Positions 17,126 through 26,740 of a stretch of 64,000 nucleotides of DNA are shown here, one piece after another (within the stretch, counting starts at the first letter, position 1; each line of letters begins with the position of its first letter). This stretch comes from Candidatus Methanosuratincola verstraetei. Lineage in GTDB: Archaea > Thermoproteota > Methanomethylicia > Methanomethylicales > Methanomethylicaceae. Made by a program: the position numbers and the translations under genes. The stretch spans positions 1,280,001-1,344,000 of the forward strand of contig CP186953.1 in the NCBI GenBank assembly GCA_049570475.1. The letters are read 5' to 3'. The notes under the pieces are model-generated. The model was not told the DNA's origin. It made no database searches and saw only the letters and a program-made list of their open reading frames with translations.

Positions 17126-18385
17126 TCACTCTGTGCCTTCGCTCCATCCCTTTACATAAGCCTCCTGCTCCTCCGTCATGGTGTCGATTCTTACTTCCAT
17201 TGTATCCAGCTTCAGTTTGGCTACCGACCTGTCGATCTCCTTGGGAACGTCATACACATCTGGCCTGAGGTTTTTGCCTTCTCTGATTATGTATTCCACC
17301 GAGAGTGCCTGGTTGGCAAAGCTCATGTCCATCACCTCGCTCGGGTGCCCCTCTGCAGCGGCAAGGTTGACAAGCCTCCCCTCCGCCAGAAGGTAGATCT
17401 TCCTCCCGTCTTTCATCAGGTACTCGTCGACATTCTGCCTGAGGCGTCTTCTCTCGGCAGCCTCTTCCGAAAGAGCATTAATGTCAATCTCAACATTGAA
17501 GTGGCCTGTGTTTGCCAAGATCGCGCCGCCCTTCATCATGCTGAAGTGCTCCCTCCTGATCACGCCCTTATTGCCAGTGGCAGTGACGAACACATCCCCT
17601 ATCTTGGCGGCTTCGTCCATGGGCATGACGGCAAATCCGTCCATCACCGCCTTGAGCGCCTTCATAGGGTCGACCTCTGTGACTATTACCCTGGCACCCA
17701 TGCCCCTTGCCCTGTTAGCAAGCCCCCTGCCGCAGTGTCCGTATCCTGCTACCACAAAATTCTTTCCTGCCAGCAGGATGTTGGTGGCCCTCATGATCCC
17801 GTCTAGGGTGCTTTGCCCCGTCCCATATACATTGTCAAAGTCCCACTTTGTCTCCGCGTTGTTGACCGCTATAACTGGGTACTTCAGCACCCCTTTCGCA
17901 GCCATGGCCTTTAGCCTGACGACCCCAGTAGTGGTCTCTTCAGTCCCCCCAACTACCCTCGATATCTTCCCTTCTCCAGAGTGAAGGGTTGTGATCAGGT
18001 CCGCCCCGTCGTCCATCGTTATCATGGGCTCCTTTTTGAGCACCTCCTTCAAGCAACTGTAGTAATCTTCTTTGGTCTGCCCCCTCCAGGCGAAGACGCT
18101 GGCCCCTTCCTCTGCAAGCGCTGCGGCCACCTCGTCCTGTGTGGAGAGCGGGTTGGATCCAGCGAGTGCAACCTTGGCGCCCCCGTCCATGAGAGTCCTG
18201 ATGAGGACGCCGGTTTCCTTCGTGACATGCAAGCAAGCGGCGATCGTCACCCCTCTTAGCGGGCCCTCTTCAGCGAACCTCTTCCTTATGCTCATAAGGA
18301 CCGGCATGTGGTCCTCAGCCCACCTGAGTAGGCTCTTGCCGCTCCCAGCAAGACCTAAATCCTTGACCTTAGAATTCAATGCCAA
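17126..18385 (-). CDS. ahcY: Adenosylhomocysteinase
   Basis: [42 protein letters not shown]. Confidence 0.97.
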   Translation of the reverse strand: MALNSKVKDLGLAGSGKSLLRWAEDHMPVLMSIRKRFAEEGPLRGVTIAACLHVTKETGVLIRTLMDGGAKVALAGSNPLSTQDEVAAALAEEGASVFAWRGQTKEDYYSCLKEVLKKEPMITMDDGADLITTLHSGEGKISRVVGGTEETTTGVVRLKAMAAKGVLKYPVIAVNNAETKWDFDNVYGTGQSTLDGIMRATNILLAGKNFVVAGYGHCGRGLANRARGMGARVIVTEVDPMKALKAVMDGFAVMPMDEAAKIGDVFVTATGNKGVIRREHFSMMKGGAILANTGHFNVEIDINALSEEAAERRRLRQNVDEYLMKDGRKIYLLAEGRLVNLAAAEGHPSEVMDMSFANQALSVEYIIREGKNLRPDVYDVPKEIDRSVAKLKLDTMEVRIDTMTEEQEAYVKGWSEGTE

Positions 18386-18448
18386 TATTTACACCGCCCA
18401 GACTGAGGGCAATAATGTCTCCAGACATATAAAAAGAATCAGCACGGC

Positions 18449-19135
18449 TCAAGGCGAAAGCCTCTGCAGGACCTTCGTGTCAAGCCTGACTCTCTGTATC
18501 TCTGCGAGTGGGATCCTCAGCTTGGCTTCCTCAGCAGTCGTATATTTGACGGGCAAGCCCTTGTCTATCCACTTCTCCCTTATAGCCGCCTCAAGCTCCG
18601 GATCGTTAATGTTCGGGCTGAACACCCTTTTCACAAGCCCGACAAGCTCTGAGTTTCGGATCCATTCGTCAGGGGGGACTGTGTGGGTGTCGTCGTATGC
18701 CTGGTGCATCTCGACAGAGTCCAACCTCTCGCCAGCCAGGTCCATGTAGTTCCCCTTCGAAAGGGCTTTTGTTATGTAAATGTAGTGCAGGAACTCGTGT
18801 GCCGCGCAAGCCCTTAGGACATCCTCGCGCGAGAGTATCACAAAGGGCACGGAGAAAACAACGCATGGCATGAGCTCCCCCATGTATTCCATCAGCTTGC
18901 AGGCCGCATATATCACAGCGCCTGAGAATGTCGACGATGGGTACCTGATTATAGTGAGGGCAGGCTCGAAAAATACTGGCGGGTATTGCAGGCCCGATGC
19001 CTCTTCTGTCTCCCGTAGGGCCTTCTCAAGGAGAGGGATTCTCTCGAAGAAGGATGTGAAAACCTCTTTGCCTATTATCCCCTTCTCCCCGTACTCGTAG
19101 ACCTTGTCGAAGTTAATCCTCCTCTCGAGAGACAT
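18449..19135 (-). CDS. Hypothetical protein with HExxH (zincin-like) motif
   Basis: AAHEFLHY; 9-bp gap after the M42 gene. Confidence 0.65.
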   Translation of the reverse strand: MSLERRINFDKVYEYGEKGIIGKEVFTSFFERIPLLEKALRETEEASGLQYPPVFFEPALTIIRYPSSTFSGAVIYAACKLMEYMGELMPCVVFSVPFVILSREDVLRACAAHEFLHYIYITKALSKGNYMDLAGERLDSVEMHQAYDDTHTVPPDEWIRNSELVGLVKRVFSPNINDPELEAAIREKWIDKGLPVKYTTAEEAKLRIPLAEIQRVRLDTKVLQRLSP

Positions 19136-19144
19136 TTTGGGGCA

Positions 19145-20191
19145 CTAAAATGGAATTCTGCTTTCCATTGCCTTGACAAGAAGCTCAACGCAGCCGTCAA
19201 GGTCTCTCTTTGATATTACCTCGCTGAAGCTGTGCACATACCTTGAGGGGATCGATATGCAAGCGGAAGGTATCCCTGACTGTGACATCTGGATTGCGGC
19301 TGCATCTGTTGTGCCGCCCTCCAGCACTTCGAGCTGGTACTGTATGCCGTTTTTCTCTGCCAGCTCCATCAGCCATCCTCTGACCAGCGGGTTTGCGATC
19401 ATCCCCCCGCCGAGCGAGTCTTTCCGCCCGTCTGCTACTACTATGGTAGGGCCATTCCCCAGCTTCACGGGGGCGTCCTGTTCAGAGAGCTCGGGGTGAT
19501 CCCCCGCGATTGTGGTGTCGATCGCAATTCCGATGTCCGGCTTTACTGCGTTGGCGCTCATTGTGGCCCCTCTTAGTCCCACCTCTTCCTGGACTGTGAA
19601 GACTGCAACGATCTTGTTCTTCGGGTTTGCCTTCTTCAGGGCTTCGATGAGTGCGTAGCAGCCTGCCCTGTCGTCCATGGCCTTCCCAACGACAAGGTCG
19701 TTCTCAAGTTCCATCACTCCCCTCACGAAAGTGATCGGCGTACCTACCCTGATCCCATAGCCTTCAAGCTGTTCCTTGGTCGCGCCCGTGTCGATGAACA
19801 TCTTGTCGTATGTAACGAGCTGCTTCCTCTCTTCGTCCTTCATCACATGGATTGCCTTGCAGCCAATCACCCCGTGCACTTTCTTCTTCATGCCGTGTAT
19901 TAGCACCCTCTGGGCAGGCAGGATCTGATCGGCTATGCCGCCAAGCTTGGCGAACCTGATGAAACCCTTTTCATCAATATGCTTCACGATCAGCCCGATC
20001 TCGTCCGTGTGGGCTGCTGCCATCATAGTCCGATCTCCGCTCCCCTTCTCTGCGAAGAGGTTCCCGAACTTGTCCTCGCGAGTAATGACCCCATACCCTT
20101 TGAGCTCTTCCTTGATCACGGCGGCCACTCCATACTCTGAACCTGTAACCCCGTGAGTCTCACTCAACCTGCGCAACAATTCTAGATTCAA
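19145..20191 (-). CDS. M42 family (TET) aminopeptidase
   Basis: AHTDEIG, KAMDDRAG, TVQEEVGLRGA, GGTTDA, RYVHS. Confidence 0.93.
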   Translation of the reverse strand: MNLELLRRLSETHGVTGSEYGVAAVIKEELKGYGVITREDKFGNLFAEKGSGDRTMMAAAHTDEIGLIVKHIDEKGFIRFAKLGGIADQILPAQRVLIHGMKKKVHGVIGCKAIHVMKDEERKQLVTYDKMFIDTGATKEQLEGYGIRVGTPITFVRGVMELENDLVVGKAMDDRAGCYALIEALKKANPKNKIVAVFTVQEEVGLRGATMSANAVKPDIGIAIDTTIAGDHPELSEQDAPVKLGNGPTIVVADGRKDSLGGGMIANPLVRGWLMELAEKNGIQYQLEVLEGGTTDAAAIQMSQSGIPSACISIPSRYVHSFSEVISKRDLDGCVELLVKAMESRIPF

Positions 20192-20313
20192 TTATCTCCC
20201 CTTCCCTTGCCTTAACTCCTGATCCCGCCCTTCGTTTTTAACTTTGCCGTCAGGAACCCCGTTCCGGCAGGAAGAAGCAAAAGAGATTCAAATTAAACCA
20301 TCTTCAGCCAACT

Positions 20314-21732
20314 TCACGCCCCTTCTTGCCCTTCAATCTTGACCTCGATCTCTTCATCACCGATCTTTATCCTGAACCACTTGACTTCTTTCCTCTTAGC
20401 CTGCTCATTGGAAGCGAAGGACTTGAGCTCACCTCTGAAGAACGCGAGCGCAAGCTGAGGGAAGAGCAAGTATGTCAGCAGGTCTTCTTCCTTCTTTGCT
20501 AGGCGCTTGACATCCTCAGGGATATCCTTCAGGGTTGGGATCTTTGGCGGATCAACCTTTTTCACCAGCTCCAAAAGTTGCCTGCTTATCTCCCCAGGGG
20601 GTCTGCCATAAAATCCCCTCACATAATCCTCCAGCTCCTTTATCACTGGCTCGTACCTCTTGCCAGTAATGACATTCATCACCGCCTGGGTGCCCACGAT
20701 CTGGCTCATCGGGGTCACGAGCGGAGGGTAGCCGAGGTCCCTCCTGACCGCAGGAACCTCGCTCAGGACGGCTTCCATCTTCGAGAGCGCATTGTACTCC
20801 CTGAGCTGGTAAACTAGGTTTGATATCATCCCGCCCGGGATCTGGTGCCTGAGCGCCCTCGGGTCTATCCTCTCGGTCATCTCCGAGCAATACCCCTTGT
20901 AGTTCTCTCGAATCTTCTCGAAGTAATCCGCGCATTCGTTTATGAGCTCTATATTTAGGTGCGATAGCATGTTCGTGCCGCGGAAGACCTCGTATATCGT
21001 CTCTATCGCCGGCTGGGATGCCCCGAAAGCGAATGGGAATAGCGCAGTGTCGATGTACTCTGCGCCAGCCTCAATGCCCTTCAGGTATGCGAGTGAGGCG
21101 AGCCCGCAAGTGTAATGGCAGTGGAGGGCGACAGGGAGCCCTGTCTCCTTCCTGATCCCCTTGACTATGTCGTATGCAGGTCTCGGGGCCAGCAGCCCTG
21201 CCATGTCCTTTATCCTGATTGCATCGACGCCAAGCTCGCTTATCCGTTTCGCCACGTCGATGAAGTAATCCACAGTATGTATGGGGCTCGTAGTGTATAC
21301 GACATCCCCGTGGACCGTGGCGCCTATCTGCTTGGCTACTTTCACGGCTACCCTGAGGTTCTCGACATCGTTCAGGGCGTCGAATATCCTGAACACATCT
21401 ACCCCATTCTCATATGCCTTCTTCACAAATGCCTCTATGACATCATCCGAGTAGTGCCTGTAACCCACAAGGTTCTTGCCCCTCAGGAGCATAACCACAT
21501 TGGTCTTCTTGAGCCCCCTCTTTATCCTTCGGAGCCTTTCCCAGGGGTCCTCGTTCAGGTACCTTATGCAGGCGTCGAATGTCGCGCCCCCCCAAGCCTC
21601 AAGTCCGTAGAAGCCTATCTCGTCCATCTTCTCCACCACCGGGACAATGTCCTCGATCCTCAGCCGGGTGGCGAAGAGTGACTGCTGTGCGTCGCGGAGG
21701 GTAGTGTCGATCACGTTGAGCAATACCACCAC
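20314..21732 (-). CDS. Pyruvate carboxylase B / oxaloacetate decarboxylase alpha-type carboxyltransferase lacking a biotinyl domain
   Basis: DTTLRDAQQS, WGGATFD, IKDMAG, HCH, HQIPGGM, YPPLVTP; no (A)MKM motif. Confidence 0.9.
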   Translation of the reverse strand: MVVLLNVIDTTLRDAQQSLFATRLRIEDIVPVVEKMDEIGFYGLEAWGGATFDACIRYLNEDPWERLRRIKRGLKKTNVVMLLRGKNLVGYRHYSDDVIEAFVKKAYENGVDVFRIFDALNDVENLRVAVKVAKQIGATVHGDVVYTTSPIHTVDYFIDVAKRISELGVDAIRIKDMAGLLAPRPAYDIVKGIRKETGLPVALHCHYTCGLASLAYLKGIEAGAEYIDTALFPFAFGASQPAIETIYEVFRGTNMLSHLNIELINECADYFEKIRENYKGYCSEMTERIDPRALRHQIPGGMISNLVYQLREYNALSKMEAVLSEVPAVRRDLGYPPLVTPMSQIVGTQAVMNVITGKRYEPVIKELEDYVRGFYGRPPGEISRQLLELVKKVDPPKIPTLKDIPEDVKRLAKKEEDLLTYLLFPQLALAFFRGELKSFASNEQAKRKEVKWFRIKIGDEEIEVKIEGQEGA

Positions 21733-21935
21733 CTAAAACTACAATTAAGGCACATATTTCCATTTAAAAAGGTATTGCTTAACTTTGTAAAGTTGTTAAA
21801 ATAAACCCAAGGGGATTTAGTGCCCTTTTCTATATATACATCATGTATTAACCTGTATATATCCCTCTTTTAGAAATGAGTTAAATCTTATATATCACCG
21901 CATCCATTCATTTAGCAGTTTTCGAAGGTGGAAAA
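21733..21935. promoter_or_regulatory. AT-rich divergent promoter region with inverted repeats
   Basis: AACTTT-GT-AAAGTT (21781-21794); ATATATACA-N13-TGTATATAT (21832-21862). Confidence 0.5.
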
Positions 21936-23396
21936 ATGGCTAGAGGAAACAAGGAAATACTTGCAAATCTGGAACAGATAGTTGGTCCAGAGTATGTGAG
22001 CAATGAAGAAGCCGACCTGCAGCCATACACTTGGGACATGACTTGGGCCGAACCAAGGATGCCTGACTATGTCGTCATGCCGAAGACAGTGACCGAAGTC
22101 CAGCGCGTCTTGAGACTCGCGAACCACCGCAAGATTCCGGTGATTCCGTACTGCAACGGCACTAACATCGGTGGCCTCTGCGTACCAGAGGAAGGCGGAA
22201 TCATAATGGATCTCAAGAAGATGGACAGGATCCTCAAGATCGACCCTGAGACATGCTATGCTGTGATAGAGCCCGGTGTAAGCCACGCTGCATTCTCGGC
22301 TGCACTTAAGGCTACAAACCCACAGTGGAAGGGGGAGGAATTCAGCAAGGGATTCGAGTTCGGGTGGGGCGTTCATCCTCCGTCGGCATCCGTGCTCGCG
22401 ATGGCAATCAACCATGGGATTGGTCACCTCAACGGTAGGTTGGGTATTAACAGCCAGCTGATGAGCAGCATGGAAGTAGTCCTGCCGACTGGCGAAGTGG
22501 CAAAGATTGGATCCTGTGCCTACTCCGACTCATGGCACTCGTTCTTGCCGCTGCCCCGCATGGATGGACTCTTCACTGGATGGCTCGGGACAACCGGCAT
22601 TGTGACGAAGCTGGGAGTCTGGATCTTCCCGATCCGCCCGTACAAGGACGTCCTTACAATCGCTGCTGCCAGCGCAGAGGACATCACCAACTACATGGTC
22701 AGATGGCGCCACTACTCGCTCTGCGACGAAGTGACCGCAGTCAGCTGGTGGCTCGCTCAGATACCGATCGTATTCCCGTACAGCCCGAAGCCTGCTGATG
22801 CGCCAGAGTTCTTCAGCTACACCGTTATATCCGGTTGGAGCCAGGAGGAGCTCGACTACAAGAGGAAGATGTGGAAGGAAGTGGTCGCGAAGGAGAGGGC
22901 TAAGGGAACGAAGCTCATCGACTTCGAGTACCCGCCGGAGGCGAAGAAGGGAAGGACCGAGCTACCGAGCAGGATCGTGGGGTCAACCAAGAACTACTCC
23001 AAGTCCTGCGGAGGAGGAATTGCGTGGCCAGGCACCTTCGCACCGTGCAAGAGCTGGCCTATCCTCTACGAGAAGTGGAAGGAGATCTACATCAGGCACG
23101 GTCTGTCGCCTGCGACAAGGTTCACCGACTACCAGGGTGCACACTACGGCATGCTCAGGTGCATGACACCATTCAACAAGCGCGACCCGGCATCAGTCCA
23201 GGCTGCTAGGGATGCAATGGTCGAGTGCGTCAGGGCTGGTCTACCGGAGGGAATGCTACCGTACAAGCCGCCAGTTGAGTACCAGAACGAGCTCAACGCA
23301 GTCGCGGACGCTGGTTACCTGTACCTGATGACCAAGATAAAGGACATGCTTGATCCAAACAACATAATGAACCCGGGTAAGCTGGGTATCCGTTAA
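21936..23396 (+). CDS. FAD-binding oxidoreductase (VAO/PCMH/GlcD superfamily)
   Basis: NGTNIGG, IEPGVS, MEVVLPTGE, GTTGIVTK, DPNNIMNPGK. Confidence 0.88.
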   Translation: MARGNKEILANLEQIVGPEYVSNEEADLQPYTWDMTWAEPRMPDYVVMPKTVTEVQRVLRLANHRKIPVIPYCNGTNIGGLCVPEEGGIIMDLKKMDRILKIDPETCYAVIEPGVSHAAFSAALKATNPQWKGEEFSKGFEFGWGVHPPSASVLAMAINHGIGHLNGRLGINSQLMSSMEVVLPTGEVAKIGSCAYSDSWHSFLPLPRMDGLFTGWLGTTGIVTKLGVWIFPIRPYKDVLTIAAASAEDITNYMVRWRHYSLCDEVTAVSWWLAQIPIVFPYSPKPADAPEFFSYTVISGWSQEELDYKRKMWKEVVAKERAKGTKLIDFEYPPEAKKGRTELPSRIVGSTKNYSKSCGGGIAWPGTFAPCKSWPILYEKWKEIYIRHGLSPATRFTDYQGAHYGMLRCMTPFNKRDPASVQAARDAMVECVRAGLPEGMLPYKPPVEYQNELNAVADAGYLYLMTKIKDMLDPNNIMNPGKLGIR

Positions 23397-23409
23397 GGAG
23401 GCGAAAGAG

Positions 23410-24651
23410 ATGTCCCACCTACTAAAGAACAAGGAACTGAAAGAACTTGCGAAGATATATGACTGGGTCTCGATGTGCACGCACTGCGGCAACTGCAAGT
23501 ACGGCTACGAATATGGTCCGACTTCAAACTTCGCCGCAATGCTGTGCGTACAAGGAGACAAATTCAACTTCGACTCCTACAGGGGCAGCAGGGGCAAGGT
23601 CTCGCTTGCCAGGTCATTGCTGCACAACCGCATCGGCTGGTCCGACAAGGTCGCGCACGTGCTCTTCACCTGCACCTCGTGCGGCGCTTGCCAGCAGATG
23701 TGCGAGACAGACATCAAGCCGTGGATCCTGAGGATGTTCGAGACGCTCAGGTATGAAGCTTGGAAGCAGAACGTAGCAATCCCAGAGAACATCAAGGCCT
23801 GGAGCTCGACAATCGGCACGCTCTACAACCCGTACAAGGAGCCACACGAGAAGAGGCTCGACTGGCTTCCGAGCGACGTCAAGGCATCCCTTCCAAAGAA
23901 GGCAGAGTACATCTACTTCGCAGGGTGCACAGCATCCTACAGGAGGAAGCAGCTCGCAAGGGCGACTGTCAGCCTGCTGAAGAAGCTGAAGGTCGACTTC
24001 ACAGTCGTCGAAGACGAGTGGTGCTGCGCTTCGCCTCTGCTCAGGACTGGTCAGTATGACCTAGCCGCCAAATTCGTTGAGCACAACAAAGCCCTCCCGG
24101 AGAAGTACGGCGCATCCGCATTCATAACTACCTGCTCGGGCTGCTACAGGACACTCGGCAGGGACTACACAATGGACGCCCCAGAAGGCTACGCAGACAA
24201 GTACGGCAAGATGACCGGCGTGAAGGTCCTGCACACCACGCACCTGCTGGAGGAGATGCTGAACAAGGGCGAGATCGAGTTCACGGGCAGCTTCAACAAG
24301 AAGGTGACCTACCACGACCCATGCCACCTCGGAAGGCACGCAGAGGTCTACGAGACCCCGAGGAATGTGCTGAAGGCCGTTCCAGGTCTGCAGCTTGTTG
24401 AGATGTACCGGAACCGGAAGTTCTCGTTCTGCTGCGGCGCAGGCGGCGGTGTGAGGGGTGGATTCGCTGACTACTCGCTGGAGACCGCAGGCAAGCGCGT
24501 CAAGGAAGCCGAGGCTACTGGCGCAGAGCTTGTGACGAGCGCATGCCCGTTCTGCTACACCAACCTTGCGGACGCAATAGAACTGAACAAGTCCCCATTG
24601 AAGATGGAGGACATCGTAGAAATCATCGAGCCAATAGTGAAAAGGAAGTAG
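23410..24651 (+). CDS. HdrD/GlcF-like Fe-S protein with two CCG domains
   Basis: CTHCGNC, CTSCGACQQMC; FAGC...WCCASP...TCSGC; YHDPCHL...FCCGAGGG...ACPFC. Confidence 0.9.
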   Translation: MSHLLKNKELKELAKIYDWVSMCTHCGNCKYGYEYGPTSNFAAMLCVQGDKFNFDSYRGSRGKVSLARSLLHNRIGWSDKVAHVLFTCTSCGACQQMCETDIKPWILRMFETLRYEAWKQNVAIPENIKAWSSTIGTLYNPYKEPHEKRLDWLPSDVKASLPKKAEYIYFAGCTASYRRKQLARATVSLLKKLKVDFTVVEDEWCCASPLLRTGQYDLAAKFVEHNKALPEKYGASAFITTCSGCYRTLGRDYTMDAPEGYADKYGKMTGVKVLHTTHLLEEMLNKGEIEFTGSFNKKVTYHDPCHLGRHAEVYETPRNVLKAVPGLQLVEMYRNRKFSFCCGAGGGVRGGFADYSLETAGKRVKEAEATGAELVTSACPFCYTNLADAIELNKSPLKMEDIVEIIEPIVKRK

Positions 24652-24661
24652 GAGAAACCCC

Positions 24662-24710
24662 CTTCCTTTTTTCCGTTTTTTTATTTTTATCTTTGTCTTT
24701 CTTTCTTTGC
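24662..24710 (+). terminator. Oligo-T terminator after the flavoprotein/HdrD-like operon
   Basis: Several T5-T7 runs directly after the TAG stop. Confidence 0.6.
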
Positions 24711-24818
24711 CTCCGTCTAACTTCTGCATTCCATTGCTTTATTGTCGCCAAGCAGACTTTTCCGGATAGTTGGGATCCACCGATAGAGAAAAAAGGTCCG
24801 ATTTGCCTTTTCCGTAGT

Positions 24819-25862
24819 ATGGATCTGTTCTTCATCAGCGGTCCTCTGGACCCGGACGAGCGGGAATCCAGCGTCCTTCGAAAGATCGAGATGCTGGAGA
24901 AGGGATATGAGGGCATCTTGTTCAAAGACCCTTACGATGGTATGGCTAGGGAGCTCGGCAAGATCCCTGGCCCAGAGTCAAGGCTGGATGTGGAGCCTTG
25001 GCTGCTGCCGGCGCCCCCAAAGTCGATGTCCTTCATGCTGACCGTGGAGAATTTCGTGGCATTCATTGACTCCAACGGCTGCCTCGAATATGCGAAGAAG
25101 GTAGGCGGACTGGTGGAGGGAGGCCTCCCGTCCGTCCCGGTTATGGTTGGGGTTGATCACTCGCTCACAGGTGGGGCTCTCGAGGCCCTTTCTATGGAAT
25201 TGGGCGGAGAGTCGATCCGGCTGATCGTATTCGACAGCCACTTCGACTTCATACTCCCTAGCATCAGGTGTGGGCTGATACAGTACGACTTGGAGACTAA
25301 CCCAGAGACAAAGTTCTCGCCCACTGACCCATTCATATTCAACAGGCCTGACAGCTACAATGCGGACTCGTTCCTCTATTATGTCCTTGACAAAATCCCC
25401 AAAGAAAACATATTCGTTGTCGGCGTCTCGGATTACCCCCCACAGGTCGCCCAAGAGATAGAAGATGACCGTGTGAGGCGGTATGTCGAGTTCTACAAGG
25501 ATCTTGAGGAGTCGGGCGTTCACGTAATCACAAAGGAGAGAATACAGCGGGACATCGGGAGTGTCAGGGAGGCTCTCTCGAGCACTGCCTTCCCGTATAC
25601 CTACGTCTCTGTTGATGTGGACGTATGCTCTAACACTTCGATCAAAGGTGCACGATTCTTGGATTACTATGGCGTAGACCATTCAGACCTCTATGGGCTC
25701 GTCGCCTCCATAAAGAAGTCACTCAAAACATCGAAGCTCGTGGGACTGGACTTCATGGAATTTGACATATACAATGCAGGGAGCGAACGGTCTGGCAAGG
25801 CAGACAGGACTTACCAGATAGCCGCGGAAGCCATGAAGCGCCTCCTGTGGCAGCAGCCCTAA
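24819..25862 (+). CDS. Arginase/ureohydrolase family protein (divergent)
   Basis: GVDHSL, FDSHFD, SVDVD. Start moved to ATG 24819. Confidence 0.75.
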   Translation: MDLFFISGPLDPDERESSVLRKIEMLEKGYEGILFKDPYDGMARELGKIPGPESRLDVEPWLLPAPPKSMSFMLTVENFVAFIDSNGCLEYAKKVGGLVEGGLPSVPVMVGVDHSLTGGALEALSMELGGESIRLIVFDSHFDFILPSIRCGLIQYDLETNPETKFSPTDPFIFNRPDSYNADSFLYYVLDKIPKENIFVVGVSDYPPQVAQEIEDDRVRRYVEFYKDLEESGVHVITKERIQRDIGSVREALSSTAFPYTYVSVDVDVCSNTSIKGARFLDYYGVDHSDLYGLVASIKKSLKTSKLVGLDFMEFDIYNAGSERSGKADRTYQIAAEAMKRLLWQQP

Positions 25863-25920
25863 TTCGCGTATAGTTATGCTAATATCCAAGATCCCATTTA
25901 ATATTAAGGGGGTATATTGT

Positions 25921-26730
25921 TTGAATTTGGCATTGCAGATAGGCGGTATATTCGAGTCCATAAATACTCTGATAGTCGCATTCGTAGTCCTGGTGATAGT
26001 TGTCTGGATACTTTCATCATCGATCAAAATCGTCAAGGAGTACGAGCGGGCAGTGATATTCAGGCTGGGGAGGCTCTTGGGCGCGAAGGGTCCAGGGCTA
26101 TTCCTGATCATCCCGTTCGTCGACGCTTTCAGGAAAGTCGACCTTAGGGTGCTGACATTTGACGTGCCTAAGCAGGTTGTCATCACAAGGGACAACATCA
26201 CGATAAGCGTAGATGCTGTAGTCTATTACAGGGTCTTCGATCCGAACAAGGCGATTACCCAGGTGGAGAACTACGTCCTCTCGACCAACCTCCTGGCCCA
26301 GACAATGCTGAGAGATGTGCTCGGGCAGGTCGAGCTTGATGAGATTTTGGCCAGGCGTGAGGAATTGAACAGGAGGCTTCAGCAGTCTCTGGATCTGGCA
26401 ACAGACCCGTGGGGCATCAAGGTCACCGCAGTCGTGATAAAGGATGTCACGATCCCAGAGAGCCTCCAAAGGGCAATCGCCAAGCAGGCGGAGGCGGAGC
26501 GCGAGAGGCGGTCGAGGATAATCATAGCCGAGGGCGAGCAGCAGGCTGCGCAGAAGATGTTCGAGGCTGCTGAGTTCTACAACAGGGCTCCATTGGCAAT
26601 GAAGCTCAGGGAGTTCCAGATGATTACTGAGGTCGCAAGGGAGAAGAACCTGATAGTCATCTCGAGCTCTGGATCGACAGACATCGGCAGCATCGCTGGT
26701 ATTGCCAAGGCTGTCCAGGAGAGGAAATGA
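25921..26730 (+). CDS. Stomatin-like SPFH (band 7) protein
   Basis: EYERAVIFRLGR, KGPGL, AKQAEAERERR. Start uncertain (ORF track 25876). Confidence 0.93.
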   Translation: MNLALQIGGIFESINTLIVAFVVLVIVVWILSSSIKIVKEYERAVIFRLGRLLGAKGPGLFLIIPFVDAFRKVDLRVLTFDVPKQVVITRDNITISVDAVVYYRVFDPNKAITQVENYVLSTNLLAQTMLRDVLGQVELDEILARREELNRRLQQSLDLATDPWGIKVTAVVIKDVTIPESLQRAIAKQAEAERERRSRIIIAEGEQQAAQKMFEAAEFYNRAPLAMKLREFQMITEVAREKNLIVISSSGSTDIGSIAGIAKAVQERK

Positions 26731-26740
26731 TCCTTAGTGG

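Noticed and set aside
24543-24818. N-terminal extension of the arginase-family ORF, suggesting a fusion or frameshift with the HdrD-like gene
   Set aside because: It runs through the T-rich terminator and gives low-complexity Phe/Leu sequence; ATG 24819 is the plausible start.
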